Assembly (NCBI RefSeq): GCF_003334765.1
Contig: NZ_QOWT01000003.1
DNA: 64,000 nucleotides
Reading direction: 5' to 3' (one strand)
From: Escherichia coli
Lineage (GTDB): Bacteria; Pseudomonadota; Gammaproteobacteria; Enterobacterales; Enterobacteriaceae
Part shown: piece by piece, positions 22,511 through 32,060 of the stretch
Layout: every line of letters begins with the position of its first letter
How positions within the stretch are numbered: the first letter of the stretch is position 1
Made by a program: the position numbers and the translations under genes
The notes under the pieces: generated by a model
Databases searched by the model: none
What the model saw: the letters and a program-made list of their open reading frames with translations, nothing else
What the model was told of the DNA's origin: nothing

Positions 22511-24757
22511 ATGCTCACTCGCCTGCGCGAAATAGTCGAAAAGGTAGCCAGCGCACCACGCCTGAATGAGGCGTTAAATATTCTGGTTACCGACATCTGT
22601 CTTGCGATGGATACCGAGGTCTGTTCGGTCTACCTGGCCGATCATGATCGACGTTGTTACTACCTGATGGCGACCCGGGGGCTGAAAAAACCACGCGGTC
22701 GCACTGTAACGCTCGCGTTTGATGAAGGGATCGTCGGCCTGGTTGGCAGGCTGGCGGAACCGATAAACCTTGCAGATGCGCAAAAGCACCCCAGCTTCAA
22801 ATACATCCCCTCCGTAAAAGAAGAACGTTTCCGCGCGTTTTTAGGCGTACCAATTATTCAACGTCGCCAGTTGCTTGGTGTACTGGTGGTACAGCAACGA
22901 GAGTTGCGCCAGTATGACGAAAGTGAAGAATCCTTCCTGGTGACGCTTGCCACCCAGATGGCAGCTATTCTTTCTCAGTCGCAGTTGACTGCCTTGTTTG
23001 GGCAATATCGCCAGACGCGAATCCGCGCATTACCGGCAGCACCTGGTGTGGCGATTGCCGAAGGCTGGCAGGATGCCACGTTACCTTTAATGGAACAGGT
23101 GTATCAGGCATCAACGCTGGATCCGGCTCTGGAACGCGAACGACTGACCGGGGCGCTGGAAGAAGCGGCAAACGAGTTTCGCCGCTACAGCAAACGCTTT
23201 GCCGCCGGTGCACAAAAAGAAACGGCGGCTATTTTCGATCTTTACTCGCACCTGCTTTCGGACACCCGGCTGCGTCGCGAATTGTTTGCCGAGGTTGATA
23301 AAGGCTCGGTGGCAGAGTGGGCGGTAAAAACGGTCATTGAAAAATTTGCCGAACAGTTTGCCGCGCTAAGTGATAACTATCTCAAAGAGCGGGCTGGCGA
23401 TTTACGTGCGCTGGGTCAGCGATTGCTGTTTCATCTTGATGACGCTAATCAAGGGCCGAACGCCTGGCCGGAACGTTTCATTCTGGTGGCAGATGAACTG
23501 TCAGCGACAACGCTTGCTGAGCTGCCCCAGGATCGCTTAGTCGGTGTTGTCGTGCGAGATGGCGCAGCCAACTCCCATGCTGCGATCATGGTACGTGCGC
23601 TGGGGATCCCTACCGTGATGGGCGCGGATATTCAGCCTTCGGTGCTGCATCGTAGGACGCTGATCGTTGATGGCTATCGCGGTGAATTGCTGGTCGATCC
23701 GGAGCCGGTACTGCTGCAAGAATATCAGCGGCTAATTAGTGAAGAGATTGAGCTTAGCCGTCTGGCGGAAGATGACGTCAATTTACCCGCGCAGTTAAAA
23801 AGCGGTGAGCGTATAAAAGTCATGCTCAATGCTGGTTTAAGCCCGGAACATGAAGAAAAACTGGGCAGCCGTATTGATGGCATCGGTCTTTATCGCACTG
23901 AAATCCCATTCATGCTGCAAAGTGGTTTCCCGTCGGAAGAAGAACAGGTGGCGCAGTATCAGGGGATGCTGCAAATGTTCAATGATAAACCCGTCACCTT
24001 GCGTACGCTGGATGTCGGAGCAGATAAGCAGCTGCCTTACATGCCGATCAGCGAAGAGAATCCATGCCTGGGTTGGCGTGGGATTCGCATTACGCTCGAT
24101 CAGCCGGAGATCTTCTTGATCCAGGTGCGGGCGATGCTGCGTGCTAATGCCGCTACGGGCAACCTGAATATTCTGTTGCCGATGGTCACAAGCCTCGATG
24201 AAGTTGATGAAGCACGCCGCCTGATTGAACGTGCCGGACGTGAAGTCGAGGAGATGATCGGTTACGAAATTCCCAAACCACGTATCGGCATCATGCTGGA
24301 AGTGCCGTCAATGGTATTTATGCTGCCGCATCTGGCAAAGCGGGTCGATTTCATCTCTGTTGGCACCAACGATCTGACTCAATACATTCTGGCCGTTGAT
24401 CGCAACAATACCCGGGTGGCGAACATTTATGACAGTCTTCATCCTGCAATGTTACGAGCTCTGGCGATGATCGCCCGGGAAGCGGAAATACATGGAATCG
24501 ATCTCCGTTTGTGCGGTGAAATGGCGGGCGATCCCATGTGCGTGGCAATCCTCATTGGGCTTGGGTATCGCCATCTGTCTATGAACGGACGTTCTGTAGC
24601 GCGGGCAAAATACCTGCTGCGGCGCATTGATTATGCCGAAGCAGAAAATCTTGCGCAGCGTAGTCTGGAAGCGCAACTGGCGACCGAAGTTCGCCATCAG
24701 GTTGCAGCCTTTATGGAGCGTCGCGGCATGGGCGGGCTGATTCGCGGAGGGTTATAG
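22511..24757 (+). CDS. ptsP: PTS-Ntr enzyme I (PtsP, GAF domain + EI)
   Basis: 748 aa; PEP-utilising enzyme motifs (GGRTSHAAI-like ANSHAAIMVRALGIP). Confidence 0.93.
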   Translation: MLTRLREIVEKVASAPRLNEALNILVTDICLAMDTEVCSVYLADHDRRCYYLMATRGLKKPRGRTVTLAFDEGIVGLVGRLAEPINLADAQKHPSFKYIPSVKEERFRAFLGVPIIQRRQLLGVLVVQQRELRQYDESEESFLVTLATQMAAILSQSQLTALFGQYRQTRIRALPAAPGVAIAEGWQDATLPLMEQVYQASTLDPALERERLTGALEEAANEFRRYSKRFAAGAQKETAAIFDLYSHLLSDTRLRRELFAEVDKGSVAEWAVKTVIEKFAEQFAALSDNYLKERAGDLRALGQRLLFHLDDANQGPNAWPERFILVADELSATTLAELPQDRLVGVVVRDGAANSHAAIMVRALGIPTVMGADIQPSVLHRRTLIVDGYRGELLVDPEPVLLQEYQRLISEEIELSRLAEDDVNLPAQLKSGERIKVMLNAGLSPEHEEKLGSRIDGIGLYRTEIPFMLQSGFPSEEEQVAQYQGMLQMFNDKPVTLRTLDVGADKQLPYMPISEENPCLGWRGIRITLDQPEIFLIQVRAMLRANAATGNLNILLPMVTSLDEVDEARRLIERAGREVEEMIGYEIPKPRIGIMLEVPSMVFMLPHLAKRVDFISVGTNDLTQYILAVDRNNTRVANIYDSLHPAMLRALAMIAREAEIHGIDLRLCGEMAGDPMCVAILIGLGYRHLSMNGRSVARAKYLLRRIDYAEAENLAQRSLEAQLATEVRHQVAAFMERRGMGGLIRGGL

Positions 24758-24907
24758 CGCGGATCATATACATATCTTTTAACGGTATCCGGCAACCAGC
24801 CAGGTCCCCTTGTGCTATTATTCGCACCTTTGGAGCGCCTGAAACCTGCGGCGCGCATTTCAATCGCTGTTCTCTTTCAGCGAAATAACAAGAACTTGTG
24901 GTGACAG

Positions 24908-25783
24908 ATGACCAGTAGCTATCTGCATTTTCCGGAGTTTGATCCGGTCATTTTCTCAATAGGACCCGTGGCGCTTCACTGGTACGGCCTGATGTATCTG
25001 GTGGGTTTCATTTTTGCAATGTGGCTGGCAACACGACGGGCGAATCGTCCGGGCAGCGGCTGGACCAAAAATGAAGTTGAAAACTTACTCTATGCGGGCT
25101 TCCTCGGCGTCTTCCTCGGGGGACGTATTGGTTATGTTCTGTTCTACAATTTCCCGCAGTTTATGGCCGATCCGCTGTATCTGTTCCGTGTCTGGGACGG
25201 CGGCATGTCTTTCCACGGCGGCCTGATTGGCGTTATCGTGGTGATGATTATCTTCGCCCGCCGTACTAAACGTTCCTTCTTCCAGGTCTCTGATTTTATC
25301 GCACCACTCATTCCGTTTGGTCTTGGTGCCGGGCGTCTGGGCAACTTTATTAACGGTGAATTGTGGGGCCGCGTTGACCCGAACTTCCCGTTTGCCATGC
25401 TGTTCCCTGGCTCCCGTACAGAAGATATTTTGCTGCTGCAAACCAACCCGCAGTGGCAATCCATTTTCGACACTTACGGTGTGCTGCCGCGCCACCCATC
25501 ACAGCTTTACGAGCTGCTGCTGGAAGGTGTGGTGCTGTTTATTATCCTCAACCTGTATATTCGTAAACCACGCCCAATGGGAGCTGTCTCAGGTTTGTTC
25601 CTGATTGGTTACGGCGCGTTTCGCATCATTGTTGAGTTTTTCCGCCAGCCCGACGCGCAGTTTACCGGTGCCTGGGTGCAGTACATCAGCATGGGGCAAA
25701 TTCTTTCCATCCCGATGATTGTCGCGGGTGTGATCATGATGGTCTGGGCATATCGTCGCAGCCCACAGCAACACGTTTCCTGA
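24908..25783 (+). CDS. lgt: prolipoprotein diacylglyceryl transferase Lgt
   Basis: 291 aa membrane protein; immediately upstream of thyA as in K-12. Confidence 0.93.
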
Positions 25784-25789
25784 GGAACC

Positions 25790-26584
25790 ATGAAACAGTA
25801 TTTAGAACTGATGCAAAAAGTGCTCGACGAAGGCACACAGAAAAACGACCGTACCGGAACCGGAACGCTTTCCATTTTTGGTCATCAGATGCGTTTTAAC
25901 CTGCAAGATGGATTCCCGCTGGTGACAACTAAACGTTGCCACCTGCGTTCCATCATCCATGAACTGCTGTGGTTTCTGCAGGGCGACACTAACATTGCTT
26001 ATCTACACGAAAACAATGTCACCATCTGGGACGAATGGGCCGATGAAAACGGCGACCTCGGGCCAGTGTATGGTAAACAGTGGCGCGCCTGGCCAACGCC
26101 AGATGGTCGTCATATTGACCAGATCACTACGGTACTGAACCAGCTGAAAAACGACCCGGATTCGCGCCGCATTATTGTTTCAGCGTGGAACGTAGGCGAA
26201 CTGGATAAAATGGCGCTGGCACCGTGCCATGCATTCTTCCAGTTCTATGTGGCAGACGGCAAACTCTCTTGCCAGCTTTATCAGCGCTCCTGTGACGTCT
26301 TCCTCGGCCTGCCGTTCAACATTGCCAGCTACGCGTTATTGGTGCATATGATGGCGCAGCAGTGCGATCTGGAAGTGGGTGATTTTGTCTGGACCGGTGG
26401 CGACACGCATCTGTACAGCAACCATATGGATCAAACTCATCTGCAATTAAGCCGCGAACCGCGTCCGCTGCCGAAGTTGATTATCAAACGTAAACCCGAA
26501 TCCATCTTCGACTACCGTTTCGAAGACTTTGAGATTGAAGGCTACGATCCGCATCCGGGCATTAAAGCGCCGGTGGCTATCTAA
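25790..26584 (+). CDS. thyA: thymidylate synthase ThyA
   Basis: 264 aa; [26 protein letters not shown]... conserved thymidylate synthase sequence. Confidence 0.96.
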
Positions 26585-26767
26585 TTACGAAACATCCTGC
26601 CAGAGCCGACGCCAGTGTGCGTCGGTTTTTTTACCCTCCGTTAAATTCTTCGAGACGCCTTCCCGAAATTTTGCAACGTCCTGCAACGGCGTAAATAGTC
26701 CGGAAGATGCGCCGAAGAAATAGAAACTGGCCCTCGTCTTTTTTTCTCCTCGCTCCATACTGCCGGC

Positions 26768-27238
26768 ATGAAAACACAACGTGGTTATACGCTGATTGAA
26801 ACGCTGGTCGCGATGCTGATTTTGGTCACGCTAAGCGCAAGTGGACTCTATGGCTGGCAATACTGGCAGCAGTCGCAACGGCTATGGCAAACCGCCAGCC
26901 AGGCGCGGGACTATTTGCTCTATTTACGTGAAGATGCCAACTGGCATAACCGCGACCACAGTATCAGCGTTATCAGGGAGGGGACGTTATGGTGCCTTGT
27001 GAGTTCCGCTGCTGGGGCCAATACCTGTCATGGCAGTTCACCATTGGTCTTTGTGCCACGCTGGCCCGAAGTCGAAATGAGCGACCTGACACCTTCGCTT
27101 GCTTTCTTTGGCCTGCGCAATACCGCATGGGCCGGGCATATTCGCTTCAAAAACTCAACGGGCGAGTGGTGGCTGGTGGTTTCGCCGTGGGGAAGACTCC
27201 GGCTTTGTCAGCAAGGAGAAACAGAAGGATGCCTGTAA
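26768..27238 (+). CDS. ppdA: prepilin peptidase-dependent protein PpdA (type IV pilin-like)
   Basis: 156 aa; N-terminal prepilin motif [16 protein letters not shown]. Confidence 0.88.
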   Translation: MKTQRGYTLIETLVAMLILVTLSASGLYGWQYWQQSQRLWQTASQARDYLLYLREDANWHNRDHSISVIREGTLWCLVSSAAGANTCHGSSPLVFVPRWPEVEMSDLTPSLAFFGLRNTAWAGHIRFKNSTGEWWLVVSPWGRLRLCQQGETEGCL

Positions 27239-27792
27239 AAGAGCAAGGTTTTTCTCTGCTGGAAGTGTTGATTGCTATGGCGATCAGTAGCGTATTGTTG
27301 CTGGGGGCGGCACGCTTTCTGCCTGCGTTACAGCGTGAAAGTTTAACGAGCACCCGTAAGCTGGCGCTGGAAGATGAAATCTGGCTGCGGGTATTTACCG
27401 TCGCGAAGCATCTCCAGAGGGCGGGTTATTGTCATGGCATCTGTACCGGCGAAGGGCTGGAAATTGTCGGACAGGGTGACTGTGTCATTGTGCAGTGGGA
27501 TGCGAACAGTAACGGTATCTGGGATCGCGAACCGGTAAAAGAGTCCGACCAGATTGGATTTCGTCTGAAGGAGCATGTGCTGGAAACGCTACGCGGTGCG
27601 ACATCCTGTGAAGGTAAGGGCTGGGATAAAGTCACTAATCCGGATGCCATCATTATCGACACTTTTCAGGTCGTACGTCAGGATGTCAGCGGCTTCTCGC
27701 CGGTGTTGACGGTTAATATGCGTGCTGCCAGTAAGTCTGAACCGCAAACCGTGGTGAATGCCAGCTATAGCGTGACAGGATTCAACCTGTGA
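27229..27792 (+). CDS. ppdB: prepilin peptidase-dependent protein PpdB
   Basis: ATG 27229 gives 187 aa starting [19 protein letters not shown] (prepilin leader); the track ORF from 26989 is an extension overlapping ppdA. Confidence 0.85.
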   Translation: MPVKEQGFSLLEVLIAMAISSVLLLGAARFLPALQRESLTSTRKLALEDEIWLRVFTVAKHLQRAGYCHGICTGEGLEIVGQGDCVIVQWDANSNGIWDREPVKESDQIGFRLKEHVLETLRGATSCEGKGWDKVTNPDAIIIDTFQVVRQDVSGFSPVLTVNMRAASKSEPQTVVNASYSVTGFNL

Positions 27793-28196
27793 ACCGCGAA
27801 AAGGGTGTTTCGTCACTGGCTCTGGTCCTGATGCTGCTGGTTTTGGGTAGTTTGCTATTACAAGGAATGAGCCAACAGGATCGCAGTTTTGCCTCTCGCG
27901 TGAGCATGGAAAGTCAGTCATTGCGCCGCCAGGCCATCGTTCAGTCGGCGCTGGCGTGGGGAAAAATGCACTCCTGGCAGACGCAGCCAGCAGTTCAGTG
28001 CTCGCAGTACGCTGAAACCGATGCCCAGGTTTGTTTGCGTTTACTGGCAGATAATGAAGCCTTATTGATTGCCGGTTATGAAGGCGTTTCGTTGTGGCGA
28101 ACAGGCGAAGTCATTGATGGAAACATTGTTTTTTCGCCACGCGGCTGGAGCGATTTTTGTCCGCTGAAAGAGAGGGCGTTATATCAGCTTCCCTGA
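27789..28196 (+). CDS. ygdB: pilus-assembly-like protein YgdB
   Basis: 135 aa; GTG start overlapping the ppdB stop; N-terminal hydrophobic segment. Confidence 0.82.
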   Translation: MNREKGVSSLALVLMLLVLGSLLLQGMSQQDRSFASRVSMESQSLRRQAIVQSALAWGKMHSWQTQPAVQCSQYAETDAQVCLRLLADNEALLIAGYEGVSLWRTGEVIDGNIVFSPRGWSDFCPLKERALYQLP

Positions 28197-28504
28197 AGAA
28201 TCAACAAGGCTTTAGCCTGCCGGAGGTAATGTTGGCGATGGTGTTGATGGTGATGATTGTCACTGCGTTATCGGGTTTCCAGCGAACATTAATGAACAGT
28301 CTTGCCAGCAGAAACCAGTACCAACAGCTCTGGCGGCATGGCTGGCAGCAAACGCAACTGCGCGCGATTTCGCCACCTGCCAACTGGCAGGTCAACCGAA
28401 TGCAGACATCGCAGGCGGGATGTGTCAGCATCAGCGTTACGCTAGTTTCACCCGGGGGCAGAGAAGGCGAGATGACCCGCCTGCATTGCCCGAATCGTCA
28501 GTAG
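28157..28504 (+). CDS. ppdC: prepilin peptidase-dependent protein PpdC
   Basis: Prepilin motif [17 protein letters not shown]; exact start uncertain (track ORF uses TTG at 28157; the true start is probably a few codons downstream). Confidence 0.75.
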   Translation: MSAEREGVISASLKNQQGFSLPEVMLAMVLMVMIVTALSGFQRTLMNSLASRNQYQQLWRHGWQQTQLRAISPPANWQVNRMQTSQAGCVSISVTLVSPGGREGEMTRLHCPNRQ

Positions 28505-28516
28505 TCAGGAGCCGCT

Positions 28517-31500
28517 ATGTTAAGGGTCTACCATTCCAATCGTCTGGACGTGCTGGAAGCGTTGATGGAGTTTATTGTCGAACGCGAACGGCTGGACGAT
28601 CCTTTCGAACCAGAGATGATTCTGGTGCAAAGTACCGGTATGGCACAGTGGCTGCAAATGACCCTGTCGCAAAAGTTTGGTATTGCGGCAAACATTGATT
28701 TTCCGCTGCCAGCGAGCTTTATCTGGGATATGTTCGTCCGGGTGTTACCGGAAATCCCCAAAGAGAGCGCCTTTAACAAACAGAGCATGAGCTGGAAACT
28801 GATGACTCTGCTGCCGCAATTGCTGGAGCGCGAAGACTTTACCCTGTTGCGGCATTATCTGACTGACGATAGCGACAAGCGAAAACTGTTCCAGCTTTCC
28901 TCAAAAGCGGCGGACCTGTTTGACCAGTATCTGGTCTATCGTCCGGACTGGCTGGCACAGTGGGAAACAGGACATTTGGTTGAAGGGCTGGGAGAAGCAC
29001 AGGCCTGGCAAGCCCCGTTGTGGAAGGCGCTGGTGGAATATACCCATCAACTCGGGCAACCGCGCTGGCACCGCGCCAATCTCTATCAGCGCTTTATCGA
29101 AACGCTGGAGTCCGCGACGACCTGCCCGCCGGGGTTACCTTCGCGCGTCTTTATATGCGGTATTTCCGCGTTACCGCCTGTTTATCTCCAGGCGCTACAG
29201 GCGCTGGGTAAACATATTGAAATCCATCTCCTGTTTACCAACCCCTGCCGTTATTACTGGGGCGATATTAAAGATCCTGCTTATCTGGCGAAACTGCTGA
29301 CCCGTCAGCGTCGACACAGTTTTGAAGATCGCGAATTGCCGCTATTTCGTGATAGCGAAAATGCCGGGCAGCTCTTTAACAGCGATGGTGAACAGGATGT
29401 CGGCAACCCGCTGCTGGCTTCATGGGGTAAGCTTGGGCGCGACTACATTTATCTCCTTTCTGACCTGGAGAGCAGCCAGGAGCTGGACGCCTTTGTCGAT
29501 GTCACGCCAGATAACCTGCTGCATAACATTCAGTCTGACATTCTGGAACTGGAAAACCGCGCCGTTGCTGGTGTGAACATCGAAGAGTTTTCCCGTAGCG
29601 ATAACAAACGCCCGCTTGATCCACTGGATAGCAGTATCACCTTCCACGTTTGCCATAGCCCGCAGCGTGAAGTTGAAGTTTTACACGATCGCCTGCTGGC
29701 GATGCTGGAGGAAGACCCGACACTTACTCCGCGCGACATCATCGTGATGGTGGCTGATATCGACAGCTACAGTCCGTTTATTCAGGCTGTGTTTGGTAGC
29801 GCACCTGCGGATCGTTACCTACCTTACGCCATTTCCGACCGTCGTGCGCGGCAGTCACATCCGGTACTGGAAGCGTTTATCAGCCTGTTATCACTGCCTG
29901 ACAGTCGTTTTGTGTCAGAGGATGTGCTGGCGTTGCTGGATGTGCCGGTGCTGGCGGCGCGGTTTGACATCACCGAAGAAGGGCTGCGTTATTTACGCCA
30001 GTGGGTCAACGAATCCGGCATTCGTTGGGGCATAGATGACGACAACGTTCGCGAGCTGGAACTCCCCGCCACCGGACAACACACCTGGCGATTTGGCCTG
30101 ACGCGTATGTTGTTGGGCTACGCGATGGAGAGCGCGCAGGGCGAGTGGCAATCGGTTCTACCTTATGATGAATCGAGCGGCTTAATTGCAGAACTGGTGG
30201 GGCATCTGGCTTCACTGCTAATGCAGCTAAACATCTGGCGTCGCGGGCTGGCACAGGAGCGTCCGCTGGAAGAGTGGTTGCCGGTTTGTCGCGATATGCT
30301 CAACGCCTTCTTCCTGCCGGATGCGGAAACCGAAGCGGCGATGACGCTGATCGAACAACAATGGCAGGCGATTATCGCCGAAGGTTTAGGTGCGCAGTAT
30401 GGCGACGCGGTGCCGCTGTCACTATTGCGTGATGAACTGGCACAGCGTCTGGATCAAGAACGTATCAGCCAGCGTTTTCTCGCCGGACCGGTTAACATTT
30501 GTACTCTGATGCCAATGCGTTCAATTCCGTTCAAAGTGGTTTGCCTGCTGGGAATGAACGACGGCGTTTATCCACGTCAGCTTGCGCCATTGGGCTTTGA
30601 CCTGATGAGCCAGAAACCGAAGCGTGGCGACCGTAGCCGTCGCGATGACGACCGCTATCTGTTCCTGGAAGCGTTAATTTCCGCGCAGCAAAAACTCTAT
30701 ATCAGCTATATCGGTCGTTCCATTCAGGATAACAGTGAGCGTTTCCCGTCGGTACTGGTGCAGGAACTGATCGACTACATCGGGCAAAGTCATTATCTAC
30801 CGGGCGATGAAGCGCTCAACTGTGATGAAAGCGAGGCAAGGGTAAAAGCGCATCTTACTTGCCTCCATACCCGGATGCCGTTTGATCCACAAAACTACCA
30901 GCCAGGCGAACGACAAAGCTATGCTCGTGAATGGCTACCTGCGGCCAGCCAGGCTGGTAAAGCACATTCTGAATTTGTTCAGCCGCTGCCGTTTACCTTA
31001 CCGGAAACCGTGCCGCTGGAAACGCTACAACGATTCTGGGCACATCCGGTGCGGGCATTTTTCCAGATGCGTTTGCAGGTGAACTTCCGTACTGAAGACA
31101 GCGAAATCCCCGACACCGAGCCATTTATTCTGGAAGGACTTAGCCGTTATCAAATCAATCAGCAGTTATTGAATGCACTGGTTGAGCAGGATGATGCCGA
31201 ACGCTTGTTCCGCCGCTTCCGAGCGGCAGGGGATTTACCGTATGGCGCTTTTGGTGAAATTTTCTGGGAAACACAGTGCCAGGAGATGCAGCAGCTTGCC
31301 GACAGAGTCATTGCCTGTCGCCAGCCGGGGCAGAGTATGGAAATTGATCTCGCCTGCAACGGTGTGCAGATAACTGGCTGGTTGCCGCAGGTGCAGCCGG
31401 ATGGCCTGTTGCGCTGGCGTCCCTCTTTATTAAGTGTGGCCCAGGGAATGCAACTTTGGCTGGAACACCTTGTCTACTGTGCCAGCGGTGGTAATGGTGA

Positions 31501-31885
31501 AAGTCGCCTTTTTCTACGCAAAGACGGCGAGTGGCGTTTTCCGCCGCTTGCAGCCGAACAGGCTTTGCATTACCTCTCACAACTGATTGAGGGGTATCGT
31601 GAAGGAATGTCCGCGCCATTGCTGGTGTTACCTGAAAGTGGCGGCGCGTGGCTAAAAACCTGTTATGACGCGCAAAACGATGCCATGCTGGATGACGATT
31701 CCACGTTGCAAAAAGCCCGTACGAAATTCCTTCAGGCTTACGAAGGCAACATGATGGTGCGTGGCGAAGGTGATGATATCTGGTATCAAAGGCTCTGGCG
31801 GCAATTAACACCAGAGACAATGGAGGCCATCGTTGAACAGTCGCAACGTTTCCTGTTACCGCTGTTTCGCTTTAATCAGTCATGA
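28517..31885 (+). CDS. recC: exodeoxyribonuclease V gamma subunit RecC
   Basis: 1122 aa; MLRVYHSNRLDVLEALMEFIV N-terminus; in recC-ptrA-recB-recD order. Confidence 0.96.
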   Translation: MLRVYHSNRLDVLEALMEFIVERERLDDPFEPEMILVQSTGMAQWLQMTLSQKFGIAANIDFPLPASFIWDMFVRVLPEIPKESAFNKQSMSWKLMTLLPQLLEREDFTLLRHYLTDDSDKRKLFQLSSKAADLFDQYLVYRPDWLAQWETGHLVEGLGEAQAWQAPLWKALVEYTHQLGQPRWHRANLYQRFIETLESATTCPPGLPSRVFICGISALPPVYLQALQALGKHIEIHLLFTNPCRYYWGDIKDPAYLAKLLTRQRRHSFEDRELPLFRDSENAGQLFNSDGEQDVGNPLLASWGKLGRDYIYLLSDLESSQELDAFVDVTPDNLLHNIQSDILELENRAVAGVNIEEFSRSDNKRPLDPLDSSITFHVCHSPQREVEVLHDRLLAMLEEDPTLTPRDIIVMVADIDSYSPFIQAVFGSAPADRYLPYAISDRRARQSHPVLEAFISLLSLPDSRFVSEDVLALLDVPVLAARFDITEEGLRYLRQWVNESGIRWGIDDDNVRELELPATGQHTWRFGLTRMLLGYAMESAQGEWQSVLPYDESSGLIAELVGHLASLLMQLNIWRRGLAQERPLEEWLPVCRDMLNAFFLPDAETEAAMTLIEQQWQAIIAEGLGAQYGDAVPLSLLRDELAQRLDQERISQRFLAGPVNICTLMPMRSIPFKVVCLLGMNDGVYPRQLAPLGFDLMSQKPKRGDRSRRDDDRYLFLEALISAQQKLYISYIGRSIQDNSERFPSVLVQELIDYIGQSHYLPGDEALNCDESEARVKAHLTCLHTRMPFDPQNYQPGERQSYAREWLPAASQAGKAHSEFVQPLPFTLPETVPLETLQRFWAHPVRAFFQMRLQVNFRTEDSEIPDTEPFILEGLSRYQINQQLLNALVEQDDAERLFRRFRAAGDLPYGAFGEIFWETQCQEMQQLADRVIACRQPGQSMEIDLACNGVQITGWLPQVQPDGLLRWRPSLLSVAQGMQLWLEHLVYCASGGNGESRLFLRKDGEWRFPPLAAEQALHYLSQLIEGYREGMSAPLLVLPESGGAWLKTCYDAQNDAMLDDDSTLQKARTKFLQAYEGNMMVRGEGDDIWYQRLWRQLTPETMEAIVEQSQRFLLPLFRFNQS

Positions 31886-32060
31886 GTGCTGTATAAAAAT
31901 TGCGCAATCTATCCGCTTACTTTATGATGCGCACCAGTCACGGACTGATGGTTATATAAACATAGGCTGACTCGTGCAGCACAAGATTAAATTCTGGCAG
32001 ATGATTTGCGTTAACGTGTTGAATCTGGACAGAAAATTAAGTTGATTATGAGGTCCGTGA

